Shown here in pieces: positions 1 to 15,941 of a DNA stretch of 64,000 nucleotides (its first letter is position 1; every line of letters begins with the position of its first letter). Source of the DNA: Phaeosaccion multiseriatum (Eukaryota > Protista > Ochrophyta, other classes); contig OZ218951.1 of assembly GCA_965112735.1 (NCBI GenBank), positions 1,922,001 to 1,986,000 on the forward strand, written 5' to 3'. Made by a program: the position numbers and the translations under genes. The notes beneath the pieces were generated by a model, which did not search any database, was not told the origin of the DNA, and saw only the letters and a program-made list of their open reading frames with translations.

Positions 1-374
1 GTCGGGGGGGGAAGAGGAAGCCCAGGGTACCTCCTCTGTTCTTTGTTGTTGCTTGTTGCTGTTGTTGTTGTTGTTGCTGTGCGTATTACGTTGTCTGCAG
101 CTCCGCAGTCGATCGATCCGAGAGGACACGCCGCGAGCCCGTGGTGCGCACATACGATAATTTAAGAGAGGAATAAAGCGGAATGGAGAAAATAGTCCAT
201 CTTCTCCTGATTTACATATATATATATCCTTGTAATTTGTGTAGTTATTCACATGCAGCCTCCCCCCTCCCCCCCCACCCGAGGGGCTACCAGGATGTGG
301 GGCCGCTCTTTGTTTTAATTAGGGGAGAACAAAAGCAAACGAAAACTAAAAAAAAGTGAAGCAAAAGCGCACAG

Positions 375-2523
375 TCAGGAGCGGGTAGGCGTCGGCGCCG
401 CTTCCAAGCCGTTTCCTTCGCCCCTCATGTCCTCTCGTTCTCCCTGTTCGCTCTCCGCACTACTTTTTGTTGTGCTTGATGGCAAAATTGGTGTGTGCTC
501 TCTCTCTTCTTGTCCTCCTCCCCCTTCTCCTCCACCATCTCCTCCTCCTCTCCCTTCGCAGGAGCTGCACGTCGTGGCCTTGACATTGACGAGCACGAAG
601 CCGCCCACCACGCACAGCGCACCCACCGCAGAAGCCAAGGACGGCACCACCGAATGCAACAGAAAATCCGAAGCAAAGGCAAAAGGAACGCTCAGAGAGA
701 GCCCCACGCTGGCCACAGTCGGGGTAGTAAGTACGACAGCCTTGGCCCAAAGCCAATCGCTGAGGACATTGTCCAACAGGCCCTTGAGAAGGACGAGGCC
801 AAGGACTCGCCACGAAAGACCGGAGAAGGCGGTGGTGAAGACGGCGAGGAGGAGGACGACAGGACTGAGGAGCGTGGCGGTGGTGAGGCCCAAGTAACCG
901 AGCACCACGGTGAGGCGAGTAGAAGGGGTGCTCTTTGCTCGGAGAAGGGTTGTATAGGCTGCGTACTGGGGGGTAGGGAGGGAGGGGGAGGGGAGGAGGA
1001 GGAGGCGGAGGAGGAGGAGGAGGAGGAGGAGGAGGAGGAGGAGGAGGAGGAGGAGGGTATGGGTGTTAGGATAGCAGCAGGGGTAGTGAAGGAGTGCGAG
1101 AGAAGCGAGAGAAGCGAGAGACAGGACGTAGAAACCGAGCTGGTCAAGGCAGGTCGCTGGTGATGGCAATGATGATGCATAAGCATAAGAGAGGATGGGA
1201 CCCGGCGTAAGTATAAGAGTGTAAGAGTATAAGAGTAGACACATGGGAGAGAGGATGGGGCGACACGTACCAACACAGCCGAGCAAAGCGCCAGCAAGTC
1301 CCCCCCCAGCAAGCCCTGAGAAGCGTGGTCAGCGAACGCTCCTCCTCCTCCTCCTCCTCCTCCTCCTCCTCCTCCTCCTCCTCCTCCTGCTGCTGCTGCT
1401 GCTTCTCCGTCTGCCCCTCCTTTCTCATCCTGCAGCGCCACGAGGACGGAACCCCCCATGCACAGCATAACCCCAACAGCCTTGAGCAGAGAGGCGCGCT
1501 CCCCACTGCACAGCACGCTGAACAAGAAGGTGAAGAGAGTGGAGGTCGAGCTGATGATGGTGCTGCTCGTCACGCTGCGGAGGGGTGGGTTGGGGCACAG
1601 CCAGGAGGGGTGGTGTAGAGGTTGCGCGAGGGAGAGGGGGGAAGGGGACGTCTAAAGTTTGGAAAGTGTATGCCCGGCGAGCCCAAGGCTACCCCCTCGC
1701 CCGCCTCTGCGTGTACGTTCGTGCATACCTACGTACGTACTTACGTGGTCAGTTTGAGAGACGAGTTGTAGGCCAAGTTGCCTGCGAACCACAGAGGAGC
1801 CATTGTGAGGCCCAGGCGGAACTCTGTCCTCCCCATGAGCTGCACGCTAGTTCGGGCAAGTCTGTCGAACCCAGACCTCCTCTCGAAGGGCTCTGTCGCT
1901 GCTCGAGGAGAGGCACTCAGAGGAGAAGGCCTAGAGCTGATCTCAGCACTACAAGGCGCCGCACTTCCAATTTCACGTCCGACGGCTCCCGCTGAGGCAC
2001 AACAAGTGCCCGAAGGAGAAGCAGTGGATGGGGGGACAGCAGCGGCAGGGCTACAGCCACACTTGTCGGCCTTGTCGGATGAATCGGACGACTTCTCGAA
2101 TGGTAGGTAGATGGCAAACAGGGAAGAGCAGAGGAAGGTGAGGGCGAAGGGCCGGTTGAAGGAGAGGTCGTCGTAGATGAACTGCACCACTACGCTCGCT
2201 GCTGCCCATATCACAGCCACAAGAACAATGTAAAACACGCCGAGAGCCCACTGCGATCTTGCCAATGCCGCTTGCTCTCCTTCCCACCGGTCTCCTTCAG
2301 ATCCTTCCACTTCGACGCGCCTGCTACTTCTGGTGGCGAGATAGGAACCACTCTCACCACTGCTGTCCACGCCCTTGAGGTGTCCACGCAGTAACGGCTC
2401 TGAGATATTTCTCTGCTCCCCTCCACCGCCCTCCTCCTCTCCGTCGACCTCCGAATGCACCAAACCTGAAGCACCAGAAGCAGCTAGCCCCACCATTTCA
2501 GCAGAGCCGGGGGGGAGAGGCAT
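375..2523 (-). CDS. EamA/DMT-superfamily transporter, SLC35F5/THI74-like (3 exons: 2523-1745, 1574-1271, 965-375)
   Basis: Motifs 'LVAVIWAAASVVVQFIY..FNRPFALTFLCSSLFAIYLP', 'APLWFAGNLAYNSSLKLTTVTSSTIISSTSTLFT', 'GDLLALCSAVLYAAYTTLL' and 'LLDNVLSDWLWAKAVVLTTPTVASVGLSLSVPFA' are typical of the SLC35F5 family. GT-AG junctions keep the frame. Confidence 0.9.
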
Positions 2524-2994
2524 GAACTATTTGCCTCCCCTCCCTCCACTTTCTCCTCCCCCCTTCTCCTCGTCCTCGATACCGCTCCTCCTTCTCCTCG
2601 TCCTCCGCCTCCTTGTCCCCCCTTCTCCTTTTCTCACAGTAGGAGGCCCTAAAAAGCAAGCAGTACAGAATAACAAGAGGGAGAGGGAGAAAAATAGACG
2701 GGAAGAAAGAGATAATAGAGGGGGAAGGAAGGACGAAGGGAAGAAGAGGAAGGGAGGACAAGACTTTTACAGGAAAAGGAAAAGGAGAAAGGGAAGATGA
2801 GGCAGTTGGTGATGGAGCGTCGCGATCTGTTGTCCGCTTCTCCTGGCCCCTCTCAACATCAAGAGGGCCTCCCTTTATTAAAATTAATATCGCCCACACC
2901 TTACACCAGTAGGCAGACTTACAACCAGCAACGTCCAATTCCACTGTCTTCTCTGTTGAATACCCAAGACGAGAGACCTCAGCCGAGGCCCAGA

Positions 2995-6563
<3,569 letters not shown>

Positions 6564-6975
6564 ATGAATAAAGATCCAATTTTCATATAGAACTAATCGA
6601 AAAGGAAAGTCGATCGACTCGCTCGAGAGTAAAATTTAAATTCACAAATGGCACAATTCTCCAAAAAAGACGGATGCGTATTTGGCGGCAGGGAGAGGCC
6701 CGAGTAACCATATAGAAAAAGACATCCGGACATCAGCTTCCATTCCCCCCCTTCTTCACCACTCTCCTCACTTGAGCTCTGCTGCTACTTGTACTCCAGG
6801 AGGGGCAACTGCAGGAGGGCACACACCTCAAATACTCCGTCATTACTATCGGAACTCTCTCTCTCAAACTTTTTGCTTTGTTCGCTGCGTGGTGGTCGTC
6901 GTGGTAAGCAAGGGCAATCGCTGAGGGGGGCACACAGTCAGAGGGCTGGTGGGTTCTACACACAAAGCGAGGCCC

Positions 6976-9900
6976 ATGGGTGGCAGCGGCAGGGGCGGCG
7001 GTCTACTGGTGGCTTTGGGGCTGCTCACTAGCAGCGGCTTCCGTGGCGTCGACGCTCAGCAGGAAGGCGCTGCCATCACCTCTCTAGGAGAGTATCCTGG
7101 CAATGACAGTGAGAATGCTGGCATCAGGGGCCGGGTGTCCTGTACGGACGAGCTGGAGGAGGGAGTATCCATGACGGCCACCTTGACTGGTCTGGAAGCG
7201 GATGCCACGGGAGGTATTCATGTGCATGAAGGTATGCGTAGAGCGGATAGAGAGGAGATGAGGGGGACAAGGTAGGGCAGGGCAGGGCGAGGAGAGGGAG
7301 AGGAAATCTGGGCACAGCGAGGTGTAGTACCTATACTACTTCGAAAGGGAGAGGCAGGCGGAGAAATGCCGGACGGCACCCAGAGCTCACAACCTCTCCT
7401 CCTCTCATCTCTCGTACTCATACCAACGAAACCCTCATCCTCTGCTCGCCCTCGCGCGTCTGCCGTCCGATTCGATCTCCTACACCCACCACACACAAAG
7501 GTCGGTCGTGTGACGAGGCGGGCGACGTGGGGGGCCACTACATGGGCGCTGGCAACGACCAGTGGGAGAGCATCATGTGGACCTCCAATGGAGCTGGGGC
7601 AGCAGAGATAGACCTCTTCGTCCCCACGTTCGGCCTTTCGGGAGACGACAATAACAATGGCATTGGCGGGAGAGCCGTCGTGGTGCACAACTCGGAGGGG
7701 GATCGAGTGGCCTGTGCCGTGCTGAGCCAACTGGGGAGCGAGGAGGATAATGATGTGTCGGCGTCCATGGCGCCGTACCCGGGCGAGGAGGATGCCGGTA
7801 TCAGAGGAACGGTGACGTTTGAAGCGGTCTCCGTGAGGGGAGTTCGCGTCGACGGCCTTCTGCAGGGGTTGGAGGAGAACGAGGTGGGGGCCGTGCGAGT
7901 GCATGCAGGTACGTATGTACGTACGTACATGTATTACTGCTGCCTGTGTTACTCTCTGTCTGTGCCTAGCAAGGAGGAGATGGAGTGGACTTGATAGATA
8001 CTGAGGGCCGCTTTGAGGACACAGAGGGGGCGGGGGGGGGGGATGGTCTGCCTCTGTGGAGCGCTCTTGCAGGGGATCTAACGGACGATGGCAACTCATG
8101 GCGTTCCCTGAAAGGATTGCTGGATGTGTATTGATTATTCTCTAACCCCCCCCCTATCCTCCCTCTCTCCCTACCTGTTGGCCCCCATTCCACCTCATAT
8201 CATCTCTATCCTCCTCCTCCTCCTCCTCCTCCTCCTCCTCCTCCTCCTCCTCCTCCTCCTCCTCCTCCTCCTCCTCCTCCTCCTCCTCCTCCTCCTCCTC
8301 CTCCTCCTCCTCCTCCTCCTCCTCCTCCTCCTCCTCCTCCTCCACATAGGCACATCATGTACAGACCGTGAGCTCATAGGCAACGTGTACACTCCCAACG
8401 ATGCAGACGAGGACCCTTGGAGAGCCGCCACATGGGCGTCCAACTTTAGAGGCGAGGCAGCTCTTGGGTGGTTCGTACCCTACTTTACCGCCTATGAAGA
8501 GAATGCTCTTGAAGGGCGGGCGCTCATAGTCATGGACTCAAAGGGGGCCCGGAGAGCGTGTGGGATACTGAACTATAACCGAGAGAACCTAGCGGCTGAC
8601 TTGGGGGAGTATCCGGCCGCCCCTGCGGATCAGGTCGGGGTTAGAGGGACGGTTGCGTTTGAGGAGTCTTCTCGAGTTGGTGTCATCATGACGGGGACGG
8701 TGACCGGATTGGAGAGCAATGCTACGGGGGTAATCAACGTGCATCAAGGTGGGTGAGGGACACACACACACACACACACACACGGAGAGAGAGAGAGAGG
8801 GAGAGAGGGATGGGGGGGGAGAGAGAAGGGGAGAGGGGGACAGAGAGAGGAGGGGAGAGAGAGAGGGAAGAGATGGGAAGAGACAGAGAGAGAGGGGGAG
8901 AGAAAGTGTGGCGAGTGGTGCAGTGCTCCTCACGAAGGAGCAGCTCAGCGAAACTGTGGAAGTGAAGCACAGCCGCAGCGCTGTCGACACGCGTGCCCCA
9001 GACGTGTATCACGCGTCATGCGTCGAAGCAGCCCCAGCGATGTCGACTCGTGTGACTTGGTGGTATGGTCAGTGCCTGCCTCTCCACGGCAACGCCCGCA
9101 CAAAGGGTGAACCTCTGTCCACCTTTCCCACCTCCGTTTTGTTCCCCTCTCCTCTCCTCTCCTCTCCTCTCCTCTCCTCTCCTCTCCTCTCCTCTCCTCT
9201 CCTCTCCTCTCTTCTCCTCTCCTCTCCTCTCCTCTCCTCTACTCTCCTCTCCTCTCCGTTCCTCTCCTCTCTTCTCCTCTCCTCTCCTCTCCTCTCCTTT
9301 CTTCTCCTCTCCTCTCCTCTCCTCTCCTTTCTTCTCCTCTCCTCTCCTCTCCTCTCTTCTCCTCTCCTCTCCTCTCCTCTACTCTCCTTTCCTCTCCTCT
9401 CTTCTCTTCTCCTCTCCTCTCCTCTCCTCTCTTCTCCTCTCCTCTCCTCTCCTCTCCTCTCCTCTCCTCTCCTGTACTCTCCTTTCCTCTCCTCTCTTCT
9501 CTTCTCTTCTCCTCTCCTCTCTTCTCCTCTCCTCTCTTCTCCTCTCCTCTCTTCTCCTCTCCTCTCTTCTCCTCTCCTCTCCTCTCCTCTCCTCTCCTCT
9601 CTTCTCCTCTCTTCTCCTCTCCTCTCCTCTCCTCTCCTCTCCTCTCCTCCCGTACCCACCCCACTCCTCCCCTCCTCCTCTCCTCTTCTCCCCTCCTCCT
9701 CTCCTCTCCTCTCCTCTCCTCTCTTCTCCCCTCCTCCTCTCCTCTCCTCTCCCCTCCCCTCCTCTCCCCTCCCCTCCTCTCCTCTCACCTCCTCTCCCGT
9801 CCTTTCGCCCCCCCCCCTCCCCCCCCCTCTCCTCTCCTCGTTCAGGCACAACCTGTGCAGACATGGACGAAGTCGGAGAGTACTTCACACCCGACACGGG

Positions 9901-10269
9901 CACCATACCACCGATGGTGTGGGACTCCGACGAGACGGGAGAGGCCCTCATCCGATTCTTTGTCCCTTTCTTTACTCTCACCGGCGATAACGCCCTCGCC
10001 GGCCGAGCGTTGGTGCTGCAGAACGAAGACGGAGAGGGCGTGGCGTGCGGATTGCTCTCCTCCAGCAGGGGCTCACAAGTGGTGTCGCTGGGGTCGTTTC
10101 CAGGCCAGACGAAGAACACCGGTGTGCAGGGGTCGGTTGCGTTTGACGACGTTGATCAGCCCGGGGTGATCTTGGAGGCCTATATCACGGGCCTGGAGGA
10201 GGATGCCACGGGGGGGATACACGTGCACGAAGGTGCGTGTGTGTGTATGTGTGTGTGTATGTGTGTGTG

Positions 10270-10310
<41 letters not shown>

Positions 10311-10442
10311 CGCGTGTGTGTTTTCTTCTGTTAGGAGAGGACGCCAGCAGCTGGACAGTCACCTGTGATCGGTGCTATCGGGTGTATCTTCCCTCTCCCC
10401 TCCCCGTTACCAGCTCAATTCCATTCCCTCCTCCTCCTCCTC

Positions 10443-10478
<36 letters not shown>

Positions 10479-11840
10479 CTGTTCCGTCCTCCTCTCTCTT
10501 CACCACCCCTGTCCCTCCCACCACCAGGCTTTAGCTGCGCCGATGCCAACGGGATTGGAGGTCACTTCACAACCAGCCAAATAGGGTACTCCCCTTGGGA
10601 CACGGTGACGTGGACGTCGGACGAAGTCGGCGAGGCCTCCGTCATCGTCTTCGTGCCCTTCCTCTCCCTCACTCGCTACAACCCCATCATCAAAAGGGTA
10701 GTCGTGGTACATAACTCTGCCTCTACCCCAGTCGCTTGTGGCAAGCTCGCCTACCAGCCCCCTCCTTCTTCCGTACAAGACGAAGAAGACGAGAACCCAA
10801 CAGTATCACCAACCCCTTCCCCTTCCGAGGAGTCCTCCTCGGACCCTTCACCTTCCGATTCATCGGAGGGCGAAACCGACCCATGCGACACCGATTGCGA
10901 CGCTGCCCTGGACGACTCATCTACGGACGACCTCTTCCCATTGACTGCGGCAGAAGCGAGGGCCAAGTTCGACCGTCTTGGGGTGAAGATGGTGTGCGAT
11001 TCGGGCTGTAGAGAGGCTTCGGACGGGTATGGAAGGGGGCACTATTGCGGGGTGTATGGTACAGAGGAAGTGTGTAACGTTTGCTTCACGACGGACGGAG
11101 CTATTCGCTACCTAGGTGAGTGAGTGAGTGAGTGAGTGAGTGAGTGAGTGTGAGTAGAGAGGAGGTGGTGGATATTTGTGGAGTGTGAAAGATTTGGCCA
11201 GTCGAGACAGAGCAAGCAGTCATGGAGTGACGGAACGTTTTGAGTTTTACAGGACGTTGACAACAGAGACTAGACGGCCATCCACTGCAATCGACCAGGC
11301 CATGAACTTCTTCCAGTTTTTCTTCTCATTGGCTTCCCTTTCCCTTTTTCTCTTGTGTGTGTGCGCGCGCGCGTGTGTGTGTTTTTGTACTTGTTCATTT
11401 CTCTCCTACCCTCTTGCCCCACCCGAAACCCCCTGGTGGTACCGACAGCTTCCGACCGCGGGCGCGACCTCTCATGCGGCACCGTCTTAATGTGCGACGG
11501 GCACGCCTGCAGCTCCAGAGCCGTGGCAGATCAGATTGCAGCGACCCCCGACTCTGTGTCAGAAGCAATCGAGCAGACGGACGAGGACAGAGAGGCTCTG
11601 GCGCTCCGCCCTGGTGGGGACGGCGACAGCAGCCCCACAGAGCCAGCGTCAGGTGGAACAAATAATGCGGTGATCGGAGCGGGGGTCGGCATCATAGGGG
11701 TGGCCGTCTTGGCGATGGTCGGTGTGGGGGTGGTGTGGAACAGGAGACGGAGGGCCAGGCTGCAGAGGACTGACGACACGAGAGCATTTCCGGGGGGGGA
11801 TGCGCTGGACTTTACCATACCGGACAGTGAGTTCATGTAG
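6976..11840 (+). CDS. Type I membrane protein with four tandem Cu/Zn-SOD-fold (Cu-only-SOD-like) domains, an S/P/D linker, a Cys-rich domain and one TM helix (6 exons: 6976-7231, 7501-7908, 8350-8748, 9846-10232, 10528-11115, 11449-11840)
   Basis: Signal peptide; repeated 'G.V.F.....GV......TGLE....G.IHVHEG.SC......GGH...GRAVVVHN..G.RVAC' units; TM 'VIGAGVGIIGVAVLAMVGVGVVW' followed by 'NRRRR'. All junctions are GT-AG and in frame. Confidence 0.85.
9145..9840. repeat. (CTCTC)n-type polypyrimidine expansion in intron 3 of the SOD-repeat gene
   Basis: About 700 bp of CCTCT/CTTCT repeats ending at the 3' splice site; source of several spurious ORFs. Confidence 0.9.
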
Positions 11841-12219
11841 GTGGGTAGGTAGGTAGGTAGGTAGGTAGATATTTTTATACGGACTTGATCTGTTGTTAAT
11901 AATTTACAGATACTTACACCCAGATACTTACTAAAGGAGTGTTGGAAGGAGGGAGGGGAGGAAAAACCTCTGCCCTCTCCCTCTGCCCTTCCCCCTCGGC
12001 AAAAACCCTGGTACTACTGTACATGTAGGGCGGATTTCAAAAAAACTCAGTAAGTCAATGGGAGGTGTAGAGGGGGGGCCGCGGAGGCGAGAAAGAAGAG
12101 AAGAAAGGAAAAACGCTTCAGCAGCAGAGGACGAGAGGATTCTTCTGTCCCGAAGCTTGTTCTTCTGTTGCGGCTTCTCCCATCTTCCTCGTCTCTCCAA
12201 AGAGCTATCGCGGCGCTCT

Positions 12220-14795
12220 ATGAAGGTCTCTGGCCGGCAGCGGCGGATGCGCTTACGGGCGCCCCAGATGATGGCGTTGCTGCTGCTATGTGGCTGTGCC
12301 ACTCTACTTAATGCACTCCCTCGAGTAACGAGGAGGGGTCGCATTGCCGTCCAAGAAAGGAGGATCGCCAAGATGGAGAAGGTGCGGGAGAGAGGGACAG
12401 ATGGAGGATAGGAGAGAGATAGTGTAAGAGAACAACAATTATCCAGCCTTGCCTCATTCCCTTCCTCCCACGTCCTCCCTCCCTTCCCCCCCCCACCACC
12501 TCCTCGCTGTCTCCATCTCCAGCATGTGGAGGAGATGCAGTCGAGCAACGAGCTTCTGTTGGAGCAAATGAGGCAGCACCGCAACTTCCGCCTGAGCGTC
12601 AAGAAGGAGATGGAGGACAAAATAGCGCAGCTCAAGGCCAAGTACAGCAACGCTGACGCAACGCTGAGCAAGGCGGAAGAGCAGAGGAGGAAGATGCAGG
12701 AGTCAATCGACAAGGCTGCCGCGGAAAATAAGGTAGGTCTGTGTGTGGGAGCTTTGTCGTGTTTTACAATGCATATACAGTGTGCATAGTGCCACCCTTG
12801 CTGTACTTTCGTGTGTGTGTGGGGGGGGGGGGTGGGGGGGGTTGTGGTGGTTTCTGCTGCTCCCTCTGTGAATGGATAGCTTCCTTCCCATCTCGTTGCT
12901 TGTTCTCTCTCCTCGAGCACCCGCTGCGCAACCTATCCCCATTCACCCCCTCCCCATGACGCTACACTCTACCAGCGTGGCCAATGAACGCTCCGCCTTG
13001 TGCCAAGCTCTCGCTGTCCTCCTGTTCTCTTGGTCATGGTCATGGTCCCGGTCCTGTGCTGTCCTGTGCCTTCCTTTACCCCCCCGCCCCGCCCACCCGC
13101 CCACCCGCTCACCCGCTCACCCGCTCACCCGCTCACCCCCCCGCTCGCCCGCACATCCGCCTGCCTCCGGCCCTCCGTGCCCTCCTTCCTCTGACACTTG
13201 TCACACTGGCCATAATTGGATCCATGAATCAATCGATGTACAGAAACAAAGGCTGCAGATGGAGGAGTACTTGGAAGGCTTTGAAAGAGAAAAGGTCGCC
13301 ATGAGGGTCGGCTTAGAAAGCATAGCGGAGGAGCGCCTGGCGGAGGCTCGCAAGCAGTGGGAGGCAGAGGTTGATGAGCTCATACAGACGCGGGCGAGCA
13401 GCAGACGAAGGGGAGAAGGGGCGGGGGCGGAGGGTACAGGGGGAGAAAGGGGAGGGGGGTCAGGTGCCAGCAAGGAGGAGCTGGAGAGAGTGCGCATAGC
13501 TTTGGAGCAAAAGCACCGCAGCAATCTTGCGCAATTGGAAGAGAAACGCACCAAGGAGCTCAAGAGGCTTGCCAAGAAGTTCGCGTCGAGGTGAGTAGTG
13601 AGTGAGTGGGCGAGTGAGTGAGTGAGTGAGTAGTAAGACCTGAGCCGTCAGTCAGCAATGCGAATGCGAATACGAATACGTCGGTAGGGAGGGACGGTGG
13701 CGGTCAGGGGCTTGAATCACGGGCTTGAATCGGTGGTTATGGGCAGAGAGGCGTGGTGCGACTCCAACTCCCGACACAGGAGTCACCAACCACCGACCGG
13801 TGCCTGTCCCTGCCTCTGCCCGTGCTACTGCGTCTGCTGGGGGCCATTCTTGGCTTCTTACTTGTGGCTGCCAAGACGCGTTGTTTGTCTTGCCTTGCCT
13901 TGGCCCTTGACTGTGTTTTCATTCGCCTCTTGATCTAATTACCCCTGCCTCACCCACCCCATACTTCTGGTACTCACGCCCTTCCCCGATTGTCCCTCCC
14001 GTCCGTCCATCCATCCATCCATCCATCCATCCATCCATCCATCCATCCATCCATCCATCTCTTGTCGTTTTGACCTCGTTTTGACTAAACTACAATCCGT
14101 ACCACAGAGAGCGGAAGATCCAGGAGCAGGTGGAGAACATTTTGCAGAGGGCGAGGACGGAGATACAGTTCTCTCGCGATGAGGCAAGGCGCTTAGAGCA
14201 GCAGCTGGTGGAGGTCACATCAGCAGCACAAGCAGCACCAGTGGCACCAGCGGCACCAGCGGCACCAGCTAAAGCAGCGGCACCAGCTAAAGCAGCAGCA
14301 CCAGTTGAAGCAGCAGCACCAGCAGCACCAGTTAAAACATCACCAGCAGCGCCGCCAGTTAAGGCAGCAGCAGAAGTAACAGAAGCAGCACCAGCACCAG
14401 CAACTGCAGCAGTAACAGCAGCAACAGCAGCAACAGCAGCCGAATCAGAGTCAGCAGGAGCAGCCAAGTCACCAGGAGCAGCAAAGGTTGCAGTAGCAGC
14501 CAAGGCCGCAGGAAAGTTAAAAAGAAGCCCTGCCACCACGCCCGGTCCGCCTGCTCAAGCTAAAGCCGCGCGTGGGGGCAAGAGCAGCAGCAAGATTAGG
14601 GGCGGGCCAGGTGGAGGTGGAAGCAGTGGTGGTAGTGGCGGTGCTAGCGGTGGTAGTAGTAGTAGTAGCAGTAGGAGTAGTAGTAGTAGTAGTAGGAGTA
14701 GTAGTAGGAGTAGTAGTAGTAGGAGCAGGAAGGGGTCGTCAGCTCCTGCCGCCACGACCAAAAGCAGCAGCAGCGGGGCCACAAGCGCGCGCTGA
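12220..14795 (+). CDS. Hypothetical coiled-coil protein with a possible signal peptide and an Ala/Pro/Ser-rich tail (4 exons: 12220-12381, 12523-12732, 13244-13590, 14108-14795)
   Basis: E/K/R/Q-rich heptad-like exons joined in frame by GT-AG introns; hydrophobic '[16 protein letters not shown]'. No family recognised. Confidence 0.65.
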
Positions 14796-15527
14796 TGACT
14801 GACCGACTTGACTCTAGAGGGGGGAAGTAAAGAAAGGAGAAAGTAAAGTGGGCATGTATGGGATGTACCTGACTAGCCACCAGGGGTGGCCCAATAAGGG
14901 ATAAGGGAGACTCAATTCGTCGACCCCTGACGTGCTATCCGCTATTTGGCACGGCCCCTGACATGCTTCTGAGACAGGCCAGCCCAGAACCAGGAACCAA
15001 TCCTTCGGCTCCAGACTGGCCTAGAAGCCTAGGCCTAGAGACGAAATTCGGCCGGCCTAGAGGGGCCGCAGGCCCCCGGCCTAGGCCTAGAGGGGGCCGC
15101 AGGTCCCCGGCCTAGGCCTATTTTTGGCGCAGCCCCCCCGGCCTAGGCCTATTTTTGGCGCAGCCCCCCCGGCCTAGGCCCCTGGACAAGATGACGGTGT
15201 GCGCCGGCCGTAACCAGTAATCAGCCCCCGGCCGGCGCAAAATCAGTAATCAGGCCGGCTGGTCACCGGCTGTAAGCAACCAGACCGGCTGGCGCCGGAC
15301 ATAATCCCTCCCTCCCTCCCTCCCTCCCTCCCTCCCTCCCTCCCTCCCTCCCTCCCTCCCTCCCTCCCTCCCTCCCTCCCTCCCTCCCTCCCTCCCTCCC
15401 TTCCTCCCTCCCTCCCCTCCCTCCCTCCTTCCCTCCCTCCCTCCCTCCCTCCCTCCCTCCTTTCCTCCCTCCCTCCCTCCTTCCCTCCCTCCCTCCCGCC
15501 CTCCCTCCCTCCTTCCCTCCGTCCCTC

Positions 15528-15941
15528 TCGGCCCTGGAAGAGGTTACAGTATTCGCCGACCATAATCAGTAATCAGGCCGGCTGGCGCCAATAATCAGTA
15601 ATCAGGCCGGCTAGCGCCCGTCATAATCAGTAATCAGGCCGGCTGGCGCCGGTCATAATCAGTAATCAGACCCGGCTGGCGCCGGCCATTATCAGTAATC
15701 AGGCCCGGCTGGCGCCAATAATCAGTAATCAGGCCGGCTAGCGCCCGTCATAATCAGTAATCAGGCCGGCTGGCGCCGGTCATAATCAGTAATCAGACCC
15801 GGCTGGCGCCGGCCATTATCAGTAATCAGGCCCGGCTGGCGCCATAATCAGTAATCAGGCCGGCTGGCGCCGGCAGTAATCAGTAATCAGGCCGGCTGCG
15901 CCGGCCGTAATCAGTAATCTGATAACCTCTTCCAGGGCCGA
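15528..15941. mobile_element. Nested 414-bp TIR element, 19-bp TIR, flanked by TCCCTC, filled with ~28-33-bp ATAATCAGTAATCAGGCCGGCTGGCGCC repeats
   Basis: TCGGCCCTGGAAGAGGTTA (15528-15546) and TAACCTCTTCCAGGGCCGA (15923-15941); same TCGG...CCGA termini as the outer element. Confidence 0.65.

Noticed and set aside
8749-9990. Long ORFs such as (SSPLL)n and (EERRG)n, also (EGGR)n at 15855-16502 and (THSL)n at 50834-51572
   Set aside because: These are translations of stop-free microsatellites in introns or the mobile element.
15560-15920. Regular ~30-bp repeats resembling a CRISPR array
   Set aside because: There are no unique spacers and no cas genes, and the context is eukaryotic; it is a minisatellite within a TIR element.
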